27,507 nt of DNA from Candidatus Margulisiibacteriota bacterium. GTDB taxonomy: Bacteria > Margulisbacteria > WOR-1 > XYC2-FULL-46-14 > JAHJBW01. This document shows, one piece after another, positions 15,764-25,170 of this stretch. Position 1 is the stretch's first letter. Each line of letters starts with the position of its first letter. The position numbers were made by a program, and so were the translations under genes. Under the pieces are notes generated by a model, which saw nothing but the letters and a program-made list of their open reading frames with translations, did no database searches and had not been told where the DNA came from. The stretch spans positions 1 to 27,507 of the forward strand of contig JAHJBW010000082.1 in the NCBI GenBank assembly GCA_018813405.1, given 5' to 3'.

Positions 15764-16621
15764 ATGCATATTATCCTCGGCCAAACTGCCGTCGGCAAAA
15801 CCAAATACGCTATTGAACTAGCCAAAAAAGTGAGCGGCGAGATCCTTTCCGCCGACTCCATGCAGGTTTACCGCGGCATGGACATTGGCACGGCCAAGTC
15901 CACCAAAGAAGAAAGGCAGGACATCCCTCACCACCTGATCGACATCCGCGATCCCGATGAAGAATGGACCGTCTCGGATTTTGTGAAGGAGACCGAAAAA
16001 CTTGTGCCGCAGATTATCGCGAGAGGAAAAGCACCAATCATCGCCGGAGGGACGGGGCTGTACCTTTGGGCATTGCTCGAAGGATTTTCTTTCCCCATTG
16101 TTCCAGCCGATCCCGAGTTGCGCAAAAGGCTGGGGGCGGACCCCCTTGAAAAGCTTTTTGCGCAACTGAAAGAAGTTGACCCTCAAGCCGCCGCCAAGAT
16201 ACACCCCAACGACAAAAAGCGCATCGTAAGGGGGCTTGAGGTTTATGAACTGACGGGGAAACCGATATCATCATTCGCTATTGAAGGCAAGGTGACGTCA
16301 CCCCGCCTTAAATGGAATTGCAAAATTATTGGCCTCACTCTCCCCCGCGAGGAGCTCTACAGGCGCATTGAAGAACGCGTAGATAGGATGCTGGATAAAG
16401 GCCTGGTTAATGAGGTGAAGGGCTTACTGGCCAAAGGCTATTCGCGAGAGCTAAGCTCAATGCAGGCGCTGGGCTATAAGGAAACCATAGATCATCTTGA
16501 GGGTAAATATTCGTACGAGGAATATGTGAAGTATTTCAAGCAAAAATCACGTAATTTTGCGCGCAGGCAAATGACGTGGTTCAAGAGGTTTAAGGACGTT
16601 GCCTGGGAAACCGCGCCCTGA
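15764..16621 (+). CDS. miaA: tRNA dimethylallyltransferase
   Basis: GQTAVGKT, SADSMQVYRGMDIGTAK, GGTGLY, IHPNDKKRIVRGLEV, ALGYKE, RNFARRQMTWF. Confidence 0.96.
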   Translation: MHIILGQTAVGKTKYAIELAKKVSGEILSADSMQVYRGMDIGTAKSTKEERQDIPHHLIDIRDPDEEWTVSDFVKETEKLVPQIIARGKAPIIAGGTGLYLWALLEGFSFPIVPADPELRKRLGADPLEKLFAQLKEVDPQAAAKIHPNDKKRIVRGLEVYELTGKPISSFAIEGKVTSPRLKWNCKIIGLTLPREELYRRIEERVDRMLDKGLVNEVKGLLAKGYSRELSSMQALGYKETIDHLEGKYSYEEYVKYFKQKSRNFARRQMTWFKRFKDVAWETAP

Positions 16622-17873
16622 CGGATCTTGCGTGGGCATCAAGCCCTTCTATGCTTGCCAGCAGTTCAATATCTCCGGCTACCCTTGCGAGCGCGGCCTT
16701 ATTGTATTGTACATAGCTCTGCCGTTTTGTAAAATCATATACCCCCAGAGGCGAAGCATACCTGGCTGTGCCGCCAGTGGGAAGGACATGGTTGGTGCCC
16801 GCCATATAGTCCCCAAGCGCGACCGGCGTGTAAGGCCCTATGAATATCGCGCCGGCGTTCGTAAGCTCGCTTATCTCTTTCTTTGAAAGTTTGGCCATTA
16901 TCTCAAGGTGTTCTGGGGCGACCTTGTTCGATATCTCAATAGCCTGTTTCATGCTGTCAACCAAAAATATCTTGCCGTTATTGGCGGCCGAAAGCGCCAG
17001 AATATCCTTGCGGCCAAGCTCTTCCATCTGCTCTTCCGCGCTTTCCGAAACAGCCGCGGCCAGAGACCTTGATGTTGTAACAAGAACTGCGGAAGCGAAG
17101 CGATCGTGTTCAAGCTGGGCCAACATGTCCGCGGCTATGAACTGCGGAGAAGCCTTGCCATCAGCTATGATCAAGATATCTGACGGGCCCGCCAGGCTGT
17201 CTATGCCGACCGTCCCGTACAAAAGCTTTTTAGCCAGAACGACATAAATGTTGCCAGGCCCTACTATCTTGTCCACCTTTGGCACTGTTTCCGTGCCAAA
17301 AGCCAGCGCCGCCACTGCCTGCGCGCCGCCAACCCTGTATATCTCGCCTATCCCCGCCTCCGCCGCCGCCACCAGTATGTGCGGATCTATTTTGGGGGGC
17401 GATACCATAACAACGCGGCTAACCCCTGCCAGCTTTGCGGGTATGGCATTCATCAGTACTGAAGAAGGATAAGAAGCCACACCAGCCGGCACATATATCC
17501 CAACACTTGCCAGGGGCAGAACACGCATTCCGATATTTATCCCGCTCGATCGATCGTCAAATCCTTTGGATACCTGCCTCTGGTGGTAGGAGACAATGTG
17601 CTTGATAGATTTTCGCAGAGCCTTGAAAAAAGCCCCATCTACTTTTTTATACGCGTTACTGATGTCGCGCTGGCTTACCCGTAATTGTTTGGCGGAAAGC
17701 TCGACTCCGTCAAACTTTTCCGCGTACCTTAGTATGGCGGCATCACCGGACTTCCTGACATTTTCAACAATATGGCAGACCCGTTCCTGGACAAGGTTAT
17801 TGCCTACAAGCATATCGGCAAGCTTGTCTATCTCCTGTGCTATTTGAGATTTCTTGTCATAGGTCCTAAACAT
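16590..17873 (-). CDS. hisD: Histidinol dehydrogenase
   Basis: GIYVPAG, PSSVLMNAIPA, GGAQAVAALAFGT, KIVGPGNIYV, AGPSD, QLEHD, APEHL, GDYMAGTNHVLPT; convergent 32-nt overlap with miaA. Confidence 0.96.
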   Translation of the reverse strand: MFRTYDKKSQIAQEIDKLADMLVGNNLVQERVCHIVENVRKSGDAAILRYAEKFDGVELSAKQLRVSQRDISNAYKKVDGAFFKALRKSIKHIVSYHQRQVSKGFDDRSSGINIGMRVLPLASVGIYVPAGVASYPSSVLMNAIPAKLAGVSRVVMVSPPKIDPHILVAAAEAGIGEIYRVGGAQAVAALAFGTETVPKVDKIVGPGNIYVVLAKKLLYGTVGIDSLAGPSDILIIADGKASPQFIAADMLAQLEHDRFASAVLVTTSRSLAAAVSESAEEQMEELGRKDILALSAANNGKIFLVDSMKQAIEISNKVAPEHLEIMAKLSKKEISELTNAGAIFIGPYTPVALGDYMAGTNHVLPTGGTARYASPLGVYDFTKRQSYVQYNKAALARVAGDIELLASIEGLDAHARSVRARFPRQRP

Positions 17874-18939
17874 TTAAAACAGATCCCCTGGTTATTACGG
17901 TCTTATCACCAATGATAGCTCCGTCTATTCTGACCTCGTCCTCAATATGGCAGTTCCTGCCTATTATACTATTTTTTATTACAACATCCTTGCCTATCTG
18001 TGTCCCGCTCCATACAATGGTCCTCTCCAGGACCGATTTTTCGCCAACCCTTACCCTGTCGCCAAGAACGGTCAATTCATTTATGGCCGCGCCTTCCGCA
18101 ATAAGCGCCTGCTTCCCCAGAAGGCAGGGGCTGTATAATTTGGCCGCTTTATCTATCTCCGAACTATCGCCCACCCATATATCATCCCTTATCCTTCGTC
18201 CTTTAAGGTTGACCTGGACAGCGCCCCTTAAGATAGCCTCATGGACCTTGATGTACTTTGCGGGATTGCCAATGTCTATCCAGTATGAATTATCCTTGTA
18301 GCCAAACATCGGGGCCCCCTTTTCCAGCAAAGACGGGAACAGTCCGTTCTCGAACATATACGGCTTACCGGCAGGGACATCCTTAAAGACCGCGGGGTCC
18401 AGAATATAGGTGCCGGCATTGATAAAAAATTCCTTTATGCCCTCCAGCCTTATCCAGGCGGGCTTTTCAACAAACTCCCTGACCCTGCCTTTTTCGTCGG
18501 TCAGCACCAGGCCAAATGGAGTGGGGTCCTGTACTTGCGTCAGGGCCAGAGTTGCGGTTGCCTTGTTCTTCTTGTGGAAATCTATCAGCTTCCCAAGGTG
18601 CAAGCCGGTAATAACGTCCCCATTCAATACGATCAGGGGGTCTTTGTCAAAATATTTTTCCGCGTTCTTTACCGCGCCGGCCGTGCCAAGCGGGTCTTCT
18701 TCCAGCGAGAAATATATTTTGCAGCCAAGTTCTTTTTCCTCCAGCTTTACAAGTTTTTTTATATCATCAGACAGATAATGGAGGTTGAGGATTATTTCGC
18801 AAATGCCAAATTTCTTCAGCCATTCGATCTGGTGCAGCACGAGCGCAACATTCGCGACAGGGACAATGGGCTTGGGTATGTTATATGTCAGCGGCCTTAA
18901 ACGGGTGCCAAGTCCTCCGGCAATGATCACTGCTTTCAT
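17866..18939 (-). CDS. NDP-sugar pyrophosphorylase (mannose-1-phosphate guanylyltransferase/GCD1 type) with a left-handed beta-helix tail
   Basis: AGGLGTRLRPLT..IPKP, PLGTAGA, NGDV, FVEKP, INAGTY, WIDIG, C-terminal hexapeptide repeats. Confidence 0.9.
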   Translation of the reverse strand: MKAVIIAGGLGTRLRPLTYNIPKPIVPVANVALVLHQIEWLKKFGICEIILNLHYLSDDIKKLVKLEEKELGCKIYFSLEEDPLGTAGAVKNAEKYFDKDPLIVLNGDVITGLHLGKLIDFHKKNKATATLALTQVQDPTPFGLVLTDEKGRVREFVEKPAWIRLEGIKEFFINAGTYILDPAVFKDVPAGKPYMFENGLFPSLLEKGAPMFGYKDNSYWIDIGNPAKYIKVHEAILRGAVQVNLKGRRIRDDIWVGDSSEIDKAAKLYSPCLLGKQALIAEGAAINELTVLGDRVRVGEKSVLERTIVWSGTQIGKDVVIKNSIIGRNCHIEDEVRIDGAIIGDKTVITRGSVLNV

Positions 18940-19994
18940 CTTTTGAGCTCCCTTTTGAGCTTTTGTATCACATCAATTGGCGTGGGGTCAATATCCTTCA
19001 ATATGGCCAGATAAACAGACACCATATCCGTAATATATATCAACGAGAACAATCTCGCCAGCGGGGCAACGCCCTGGGACCAAACCTCGAGCGCCCCGTC
19101 AAAATGACGGCTGATCAGGGATTTTGTTACGTCGATCCTTTTCTTTACGCGTTCATTCTCTTTTTCGTCGCGCAGCAGGATCAGAGCAAAAGGGTGCTTT
19201 CCCTTGGCCAGGCTGGAAAATCCCACGATCTCGTTATGGTCCAGCTCGGTGAACAAAGAAAGATGAGCGACCGTTTTGCTGTTCTCGTTAAGCTGGTTCT
19301 TGAAACGCAGTCCAGCCGCGGAAGCCAGTTCATGTCCAGCCAAAATTATCGGAAATTTCTTGTATAGTTTTTCAGCCAGCTGTTTGGCGGGATTAGAAAA
19401 GATTTTTACGGGAGGCCCGATCTTTGCGTCCATAGACTGCAGGACAGACACTGTTTCATCTACCTGGGACATAAAGCCATTGGTCAGCTTTAACTGCTCA
19501 AGAACAAATAGAATTGGCAAAGTAAGATAAGCTATCGCCGCCCGCGGCTGCAGTCCTGGCCTTACCTTAATGAAAGGGATGTTTTTTTCTGCCGCCAGGG
19601 ACAACAGCGCCCCGGAAGAAGCGATACAAACCACCTTGGCCTTCCTCTGGACAGCTTCCTTGAAGCAATTCAGTGTTTCTTCGGTCTCTCCGGAATAGCT
19701 GACAATAAATACCAGGCTATCTTCAGCGACCGAAGCCGGGAGGGAATAGCTGCGGTTCACCATAAAGGGAATGTCCAGGCTTTGCTCAAGCAGAACGCGG
19801 CAGATGTCCCCTCCCATGGCCGACCCGCCAATGCCGCTTACCACCACCTGTCCGGTCCTGTCGGGAAGCAACACCTCCCCGCTTGGCCGCAGTTCCGAGG
19901 CTTCCGCAAGCATTTTCGGAATAGAGCACACGCTCTCCAGCATGCCCGAACGATCTATTGATCCAAACTTTTCTATTTCATCCAATCGAACCAC
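18936..19994 (-). CDS. Bifunctional phosphoglucose/phosphomannose isomerase (SIS domains)
   Basis: GIGGSAMGG, VSYSGETEET, QPRAA, RFKNQLNENSK, ELDHNEIVG, DMVSVYLA..DPTP. Confidence 0.9.
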   Translation of the reverse strand: MVRLDEIEKFGSIDRSGMLESVCSIPKMLAEASELRPSGEVLLPDRTGQVVVSGIGGSAMGGDICRVLLEQSLDIPFMVNRSYSLPASVAEDSLVFIVSYSGETEETLNCFKEAVQRKAKVVCIASSGALLSLAAEKNIPFIKVRPGLQPRAAIAYLTLPILFVLEQLKLTNGFMSQVDETVSVLQSMDAKIGPPVKIFSNPAKQLAEKLYKKFPIILAGHELASAAGLRFKNQLNENSKTVAHLSLFTELDHNEIVGFSSLAKGKHPFALILLRDEKENERVKKRIDVTKSLISRHFDGALEVWSQGVAPLARLFSLIYITDMVSVYLAILKDIDPTPIDVIQKLKRELKR

Positions 19995-21165
19995 GGATTT
20001 TCTCTTTTAACACGTCTATGGCTTTTTGCAACTGGATATCTTTCGCGTCATCACCGTTCAGCAGGGCATCAGCCTCTTCTGTCGGCAGCTCGATCGCATA
20101 ATCAGGCTCTATGCCTTTTTTGCTGATGTCTTCGCCTGAAGGAGTTAGATATTTTGCGATGGTAAGCAATACGGCTGAGCCATCCTGCAAAACTCGCACG
20201 CTCTGGACACTCGCCTTGCCAAAGGTCTTTGCCCCCACCAGCGGCGCGACATGGTTGTCGCGCAGGGCCCCTGCCAATATTTCAGACGCGGAAGCCGAAG
20301 CACCGTTAACCAGCACCACCAACGGCCTGTCCCAGATAAACTGCCCGTTCGAATACTGGACATCTCGCATGCCCTCGCGATCGACGGTCTGTACAATGGC
20401 GCCTTTTTTTATGAACATACTGCCAATATCTATGGCGTTGTCCAGCAGGCCGCCGCCATTGTTCCTGACATCAACTATCAAACCTTTTGCCCCCTTCTTC
20501 TTCGCCGCGTCAATGGCCGCCTTTACTTCTTTGGGGCTGTCCTTTTTCTCAAAGGTATTAAGTTTTATATAGGCAATGCTGTCACCTATCATCTTGTATT
20601 CGGTGCTTTTTATTTCGATCTTGTCCCTTACAATAGCATAATCTTTGGGATCTTTCGCGTCACCCCTTAAAATACCCAGTTTCACTTTTGTGCCGCGCGG
20701 CCCCCGTATAAGAGAGACCGCCTGCTCCAAAGCCATGTCCCTGGTGGGTTTGCCGTCAATTGTCGCGATCCTGTCTTTGGATTTCAACCCCATTTTGTGG
20801 GCCGGCGTCCCTTTGATGGGAGATATGACCATTAATTGCTTGTCCTTCATTCCAATATATATACCTATGCCGTTATAACTGCCCCTCAGGCGGACCTGCA
20901 TTTCCTTGTAGTCTTTTGGCTCCATAAATCTTGAATACGGATCATCGAGGGAATCAAGCAATCCCCTGATGGACCCGTAGACTATATTCGTGTTGTCAAC
21001 GTTCTTCTCAACATAGTTGTTCTTTACCAGGGACAATACCTGCAAATAAACTTCCAACTTGCTTTCCAGGTCTTCCTGCGCCTTCCCTTTGCCAAAAACA
21101 AATCCAAAACCGAAAACCAACAAGATCAACATTAATCCCACTAACGGCTTCTTATACTTTTGCAT
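19978..21165 (-). CDS. ctpA: C-terminal processing peptidase, S41 family with PDZ domain
   Basis: Signal/TM segment, LDDPYS, GIGIYI, DVRNNGGGLL, catalytic SASASEI and TFGKAS; GGAGGG SD. Confidence 0.9.
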   Translation of the reverse strand: MQKYKKPLVGLMLILLVFGFGFVFGKGKAQEDLESKLEVYLQVLSLVKNNYVEKNVDNTNIVYGSIRGLLDSLDDPYSRFMEPKDYKEMQVRLRGSYNGIGIYIGMKDKQLMVISPIKGTPAHKMGLKSKDRIATIDGKPTRDMALEQAVSLIRGPRGTKVKLGILRGDAKDPKDYAIVRDKIEIKSTEYKMIGDSIAYIKLNTFEKKDSPKEVKAAIDAAKKKGAKGLIVDVRNNGGGLLDNAIDIGSMFIKKGAIVQTVDREGMRDVQYSNGQFIWDRPLVVLVNGASASASEILAGALRDNHVAPLVGAKTFGKASVQSVRVLQDGSAVLLTIAKYLTPSGEDISKKGIEPDYAIELPTEEADALLNGDDAKDIQLQKAIDVLKEKIRGSIG

Positions 21166-21176
21166 CCTTTCCCTCC

Positions 21177-22301
21177 TTAAGGTAGAAAACTGATCGGGTT
21201 CTTGGGTTTGCCGCTTTTTCGCACTTCAAAGTGCAGGTGCGGTCCGGTAGAATATCCTGTACTGCCGACCAGCCCGATAATTTGTCCTTTCTCAATGACT
21301 TTTCCCTTATTGGCATATATTCTCGACATATGCCCGTAAACTGTGGTCGTATTATTCCCGTGATTAATTACCACAGCTTTACCATATCCGTTCCACCAGC
21401 CCGACATTATTACGGTCCCGCTGTCAGCCGCCCTGATGGGCGTCCCGTAAGCGGCGGCTATATCAAGCCCGGTATGAAAATTCTTGCCCCCCCAGACTGG
21501 ATGTCTTCGGTAGCCGAAATTGGAAGTTATCCTTCCCCTTAACGGCCAGGCCAGACTGCCGCTGCCTTTGCCATCGGTACCAGACTTTGTGGCGTCCGCC
21601 ACTGTCTTTTGAATCAGGGCTTCAAGTTCTTCAGAGCTGCGCTCCAGTTCGGCGATCCGGCGCTCGTACTCTTCCCTGCGCTTTTTAAGGTCGTTCAAGA
21701 CCTTTTTTTCTTCATGCGCCCTTTCGGTGATCTCTTCTTTCTTCTGCGCTATCTGACTGGCCAGGCTTTTTATTTCCTGGGTCGTCTTTTCCAGCACATC
21801 TTTCTTTTCCTGCCTGCGGCTGTAAACATCGAGCAGTTCATTGATCAGCTTTACGTCCTGGTCCAGCACTTTGGAAAAATAGTACGATCTATTTATAAAG
21901 TCTGACATGCTTTTGGCGCTCAGGAGCATGTCCAGATAATTGACCGAACTGTTCTTGTATATCTCGTTGATCCTTTTCTTAAGCTTGGTCCCCTTGTACA
22001 AAAGCTCAAGATTGGTATCCTTTATCTCTGAGGTCAGATCAGAGATCTTGCTCTCGTTCTCCCCAATTTTGCTGTGGGCGGTTTGGAGCTGGGCCCTGGT
22101 CCTGTCAAGCGTGCTCCTTATCTGGTACAACCGGGTCAAACTTTCCTTTTGTCGCTGTTTGGTCTTTTGCAGTTCTTGTTTTTCTTTCACCAGCTGGGCG
22201 TTGATCCTCTCCAGCTTCTCCGCGGCCGTTTCCGCAAAGGCCCCGGAAGATATTAGCAATAAAAAGAAAAGTAGCGTCGCAACGCACCGTTGGAGAGACA
22301 T
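21177..22301 (-). CDS. Coiled-coil plus M23 peptidase domain protein (EnvC/NlpD-like)
   Basis: Signal peptide, long coiled coil, FHTGLDI, YGHMS, STGPHLHFEVR (Zn ligands intact). Confidence 0.9.
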   Translation of the reverse strand: MSLQRCVATLLFFLLLISSGAFAETAAEKLERINAQLVKEKQELQKTKQRQKESLTRLYQIRSTLDRTRAQLQTAHSKIGENESKISDLTSEIKDTNLELLYKGTKLKKRINEIYKNSSVNYLDMLLSAKSMSDFINRSYYFSKVLDQDVKLINELLDVYSRRQEKKDVLEKTTQEIKSLASQIAQKKEEITERAHEEKKVLNDLKKRREEYERRIAELERSSEELEALIQKTVADATKSGTDGKGSGSLAWPLRGRITSNFGYRRHPVWGGKNFHTGLDIAAAYGTPIRAADSGTVIMSGWWNGYGKAVVINHGNNTTTVYGHMSRIYANKGKVIEKGQIIGLVGSTGYSTGPHLHFEVRKSGKPKNPISFLP

Positions 22302-22331
22302 TCTACAGATTTTACCATAAATGAAGAGCTA

Positions 22332-23576
22332 CTACAATTGCCCCAGACCCAAAGATTTTTTCCTTTTCGCGCGGTGGTAGGTTATGGCAAACCTGTGAGC
22401 TTCGTCTCTGGCAGCCCTTAAAAGCAATAAGGCGGGAGATTCCAGGGGCAGACGGATCGGCCTGCTTTTGTGCGGAGCAAAAAGCAGTTCTTCTTTTTTA
22501 GCCAGGCCAAAGATGGGGATGTCGTGAGGGAGCGCTCGTTTCGCGGCATTTACCTGAGGCTTCCCGCCGTCGATCAAGATCAGGTCAGGCAGCGGCAGTT
22601 TGTCCTTTAGTGTTTTAGTATATCGCCTTTTGACCACTTCATTTATCGCCGCCGCGTCATTGGGGCCCTCGGTCCCGCGTATCTTAAATCTCCGGTAATC
22701 CTTTTTCTTTGGTTCTCCATTTTCAAACACAACCATAGAGGCCACGCAGTCCTCACCCTGTATATTGGAAACATCAAAGGCCTCGACCCTGAAGGGTATT
22801 TTAGGCAGATGAAGCGTGTCCTTCAGTTCAAGCAGGGAGTTTTGGGCCTGTCTTACGATGCGCCTGGGTACCCACCGGGGCCTGGTGCGGGTCACCCTCT
22901 CCAGTTTATTGATCTGGTCCCTCAGTTTGGCGGCCAGCTCATATTTATGAGCGCCGGCGGCGGCGTCCATTTCTTTTTTAAGGGCTTCGGTCACATCGCT
23001 CATCCTGCCGCTTAGCAAAGAAGCTATGGCCTTGCAAAGGTTGCGATATTCTTGCTGGCTAATCTTACCTATGCACGGCCCGAGACAGTGCTTGATATGA
23101 TATTGAAGACAGGGCTGTTCTCTTGTTCGCATTGGAGAGCTTTTGCACCAGCGGATCGGGAAGAACTTCTTTATCAGGCGGATGGTCTCTTTTATGCCGC
23201 CCGCGTCGTAGCGGCCAAAATACAGGGCGCCGTCATCAAGTTTTTGCCTTACCATAAGCAGTCTTGGCCATTCTTCCTGCATGGTAAGCTTGATGTAAGG
23301 GTAGTTCTTGTCATCCCTGAGCATGATGTTGTACTTGGGCTGGTGTTTCTTGATAAGGCGGTTTTCCAGGAGCAGGGCTTCCAGTTCTGTCGCGGTGCAG
23401 ATGAACTCAATGGAGTGCAGGTGGTCAAGCAGGGCCTGCAGTTTGGGCGAATCTGCGGGCCGGTTAAAATAGGATGCTATCCTTCTTTTTAAGGACTTCG
23501 CTTTCCCTATATAAATGATCTCTCCGGCTTTGTCTTTAAAAAAATAAACCCCGGGTTGATCGGGAAATTTTTGCAT
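22332..23576 (-). CDS. uvrC: Excinuclease ABC subunit C, compact form (GIY-YIG, Cys-rich, UVR, RNase H-like; no HhH tail)
   Basis: PGVYFF..IIYIGKAK, PKYNIMLRDDKNYPY, FDVSN, LILIDGG, RDEAHRFAITYHR; 414 aa. Confidence 0.88.
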   Translation of the reverse strand: MQKFPDQPGVYFFKDKAGEIIYIGKAKSLKRRIASYFNRPADSPKLQALLDHLHSIEFICTATELEALLLENRLIKKHQPKYNIMLRDDKNYPYIKLTMQEEWPRLLMVRQKLDDGALYFGRYDAGGIKETIRLIKKFFPIRWCKSSPMRTREQPCLQYHIKHCLGPCIGKISQQEYRNLCKAIASLLSGRMSDVTEALKKEMDAAAGAHKYELAAKLRDQINKLERVTRTRPRWVPRRIVRQAQNSLLELKDTLHLPKIPFRVEAFDVSNIQGEDCVASMVVFENGEPKKKDYRRFKIRGTEGPNDAAAINEVVKRRYTKTLKDKLPLPDLILIDGGKPQVNAAKRALPHDIPIFGLAKKEELLFAPHKSRPIRLPLESPALLLLRAARDEAHRFAITYHRAKRKKSLGLGQL

Positions 23577-23579
23577 TGT

Positions 23580-24005
23580 CTATTTTGGTTCGACTACGAC
23601 CTTAACACGGGCGCTTACTTCCGGAAACAGCTTGACGCTCACTTCGGACTCGCCAACCACTTTGATGTGCCCGTCCATAATGATCTTGCGCTTGTCAATT
23701 TCCAGGCCCAGCAGGTCTTTTATGGCCTGCGCGATATCCAGGGAAGTTACCGACCCAAAAAGCTTGCCTTCTTCGCCCGCGTCAGCTTTAATGACCACCT
23801 TCGCGGCCTCTAGCTTTTCAGCCATCTCTTTGGCGGCGGCCTTATTGCTATCGATCACCGCCTGCCGTTTTGCTTTCTGCTTTTCGAACGCGGCCAGGTT
23901 GGCCTCGGTAGCAGGCGCGGCAAGTTTTTTGGGGAAAAGATAGTTGCGGGCGTATCCGTCCGCCACCTCCATGACCCTATTTTCTTCGTATAGAACAACC
24001 TTCAT
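23580..24005 (-). CDS. rplI: 50S ribosomal protein L9
   Basis: EVADGYARNYLFP, KLFGSVT, EIDKRKI; AAGGAG SD; located after rpsR. Confidence 0.95.
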   Translation of the reverse strand: MKVVLYEENRVMEVADGYARNYLFPKKLAAPATEANLAAFEKQKAKRQAVIDSNKAAAKEMAEKLEAAKVVIKADAGEEGKLFGSVTSLDIAQAIKDLLGLEIDKRKIIMDGHIKVVGESEVSVKLFPEVSARVKVVVEPK

Positions 24006-24018
24006 GTCATCTCTCCTT

Positions 24019-24285
24019 TTAGTCCAGAGTATATGGGACCAGGCCAGCTTCGCGGGCGCGCTTGATGGCTTTGGCCACCACCCGCTGGTGCAAAGCGCAG
24101 CAGCCGGTAGTGCGCGGGGGCAGTATCTTGCCGCGGTCGGAAACGAATTTCCTTACAAAAGATATGTCCAAATAATCCATGACCTTGCTTTTGTCAGCGC
24201 AAAATACGCATACCCTTCTTTTTTTCCGCCGCATCGGCCGACCTTTTTTTTCTTTGTCCCTGTCTCTTCTATCTCTTCTTTCCAT
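24019..24285 (-). CDS. rpsR: 30S ribosomal protein S18 (Zn-binding C+ type)
   Basis: CVFC...SDRGKILPPRTTGCCALHQR..AIKRAR. SD spacing favours ATG 24285 over TTG 24291. Confidence 0.96.
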   Translation of the reverse strand: MERRDRRDRDKEKKGRPMRRKKRRVCVFCADKSKVMDYLDISFVRKFVSDRGKILPPRTTGCCALHQRVVAKAIKRAREAGLVPYTLD

Positions 24286-24300
24286 TATCAAACTCTCCTT

Positions 24301-24705
24301 TTAAAATGGTATCTCTTCTTCCTTTTTTGGAGAAGAAGCTGCTTCGCTTTTTACTTCGACCGCGCCTGCCGGGGGCCCGTCACCGCGCCTGCCCAGCATC
24401 TGCATGCCGTCGGCCACAACCTCGGCCGCCATTCTCTTTTCCCCGTCCTTGCCGACATACGAGCGCACCTGCAGTCTTCCTTCAATAGCCACCGGCCTGC
24501 CCTTTTTTAAATATTCCCCGCATATCTCTGCCAGCCTTCTCCAGGCAACCACCGGGATAAAATCGACGGCGTTATTGCCCTCGGACCCTTTTTTTGTGAT
24601 CCTGTTAACGGCCAGGGTGAAACTGGCGACAGGGATACCGCTGGGAGTGTATCTCAGCTCCGGGTCCCTGGTCAAATTTCCAATTAAAAATGCTTTGTTA
24701 TACAT
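24301..24705 (-). CDS. ssb: Single-stranded DNA-binding protein, copy 2
   Basis: NKAFLIGNLTRDPELRYT, FTLAVNR, DFIPVVAWRRLAE, IEGRLQVRSY, tail EEEIPF. Confidence 0.93.
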   Translation of the reverse strand: MYNKAFLIGNLTRDPELRYTPSGIPVASFTLAVNRITKKGSEGNNAVDFIPVVAWRRLAEICGEYLKKGRPVAIEGRLQVRSYVGKDGEKRMAAEVVADGMQMLGRRGDGPPAGAVEVKSEAASSPKKEEEIPF

Positions 24706-24738
24706 TGTTTATAGTTTATAATTCCCAATTTATACTTT

Positions 24739-25170
24739 TCAAAAAGGAAGATCGTCGCCAGCCCGCGCGAACTCCTCGAATTCTTCTATCGGGGATTCGT
24801 CCCCCCCCTCTTCCACCGTCATATCCGGTTCAGGAGCGCTTTGTTCCGAGGCATCTTTACCGCGGCCAAGCATTTTCACCACGCGCGCGGCCACTTCGGT
24901 GACCCATTTTCTCTTGCCGCCCTGGTCATCGTACGAGCGCACCTGGATGCGGCCTTCTACCAGTACCAGCTGGCCTTTTTTTAGATATTGCCCGCAGACC
25001 TCGGCCACTTTTCGCCAGCTGACTATGTTAATAAAGTCGGCGGTTTGCTTGTCGCCAAAGCGGTTCACCGCCAGGCAAAATTTTGTTATCGGCAGGCCAT
25101 CCACGGAAAATCGGGCCTCGGGATCCGCGGTAAGCCGGCCCACAAGTATTATCTTATTTAGGTTCGCCAA
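24739..25170 (-). CDS. ssb: Single-stranded DNA-binding protein, copy 1
   Basis: LNKIILVGRLTADPE, FCLAVNR, DFINIVSW, VEGRIQVRSY, tail DDLPF; TTG start with GAGGAG SD. Confidence 0.92.
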   Translation of the reverse strand: MANLNKIILVGRLTADPEARFSVDGLPITKFCLAVNRFGDKQTADFINIVSWRKVAEVCGQYLKKGQLVLVEGRIQVRSYDDQGGKRKWVTEVAARVVKMLGRGKDASEQSAPEPDMTVEEGGDESPIEEFEEFARAGDDLPF

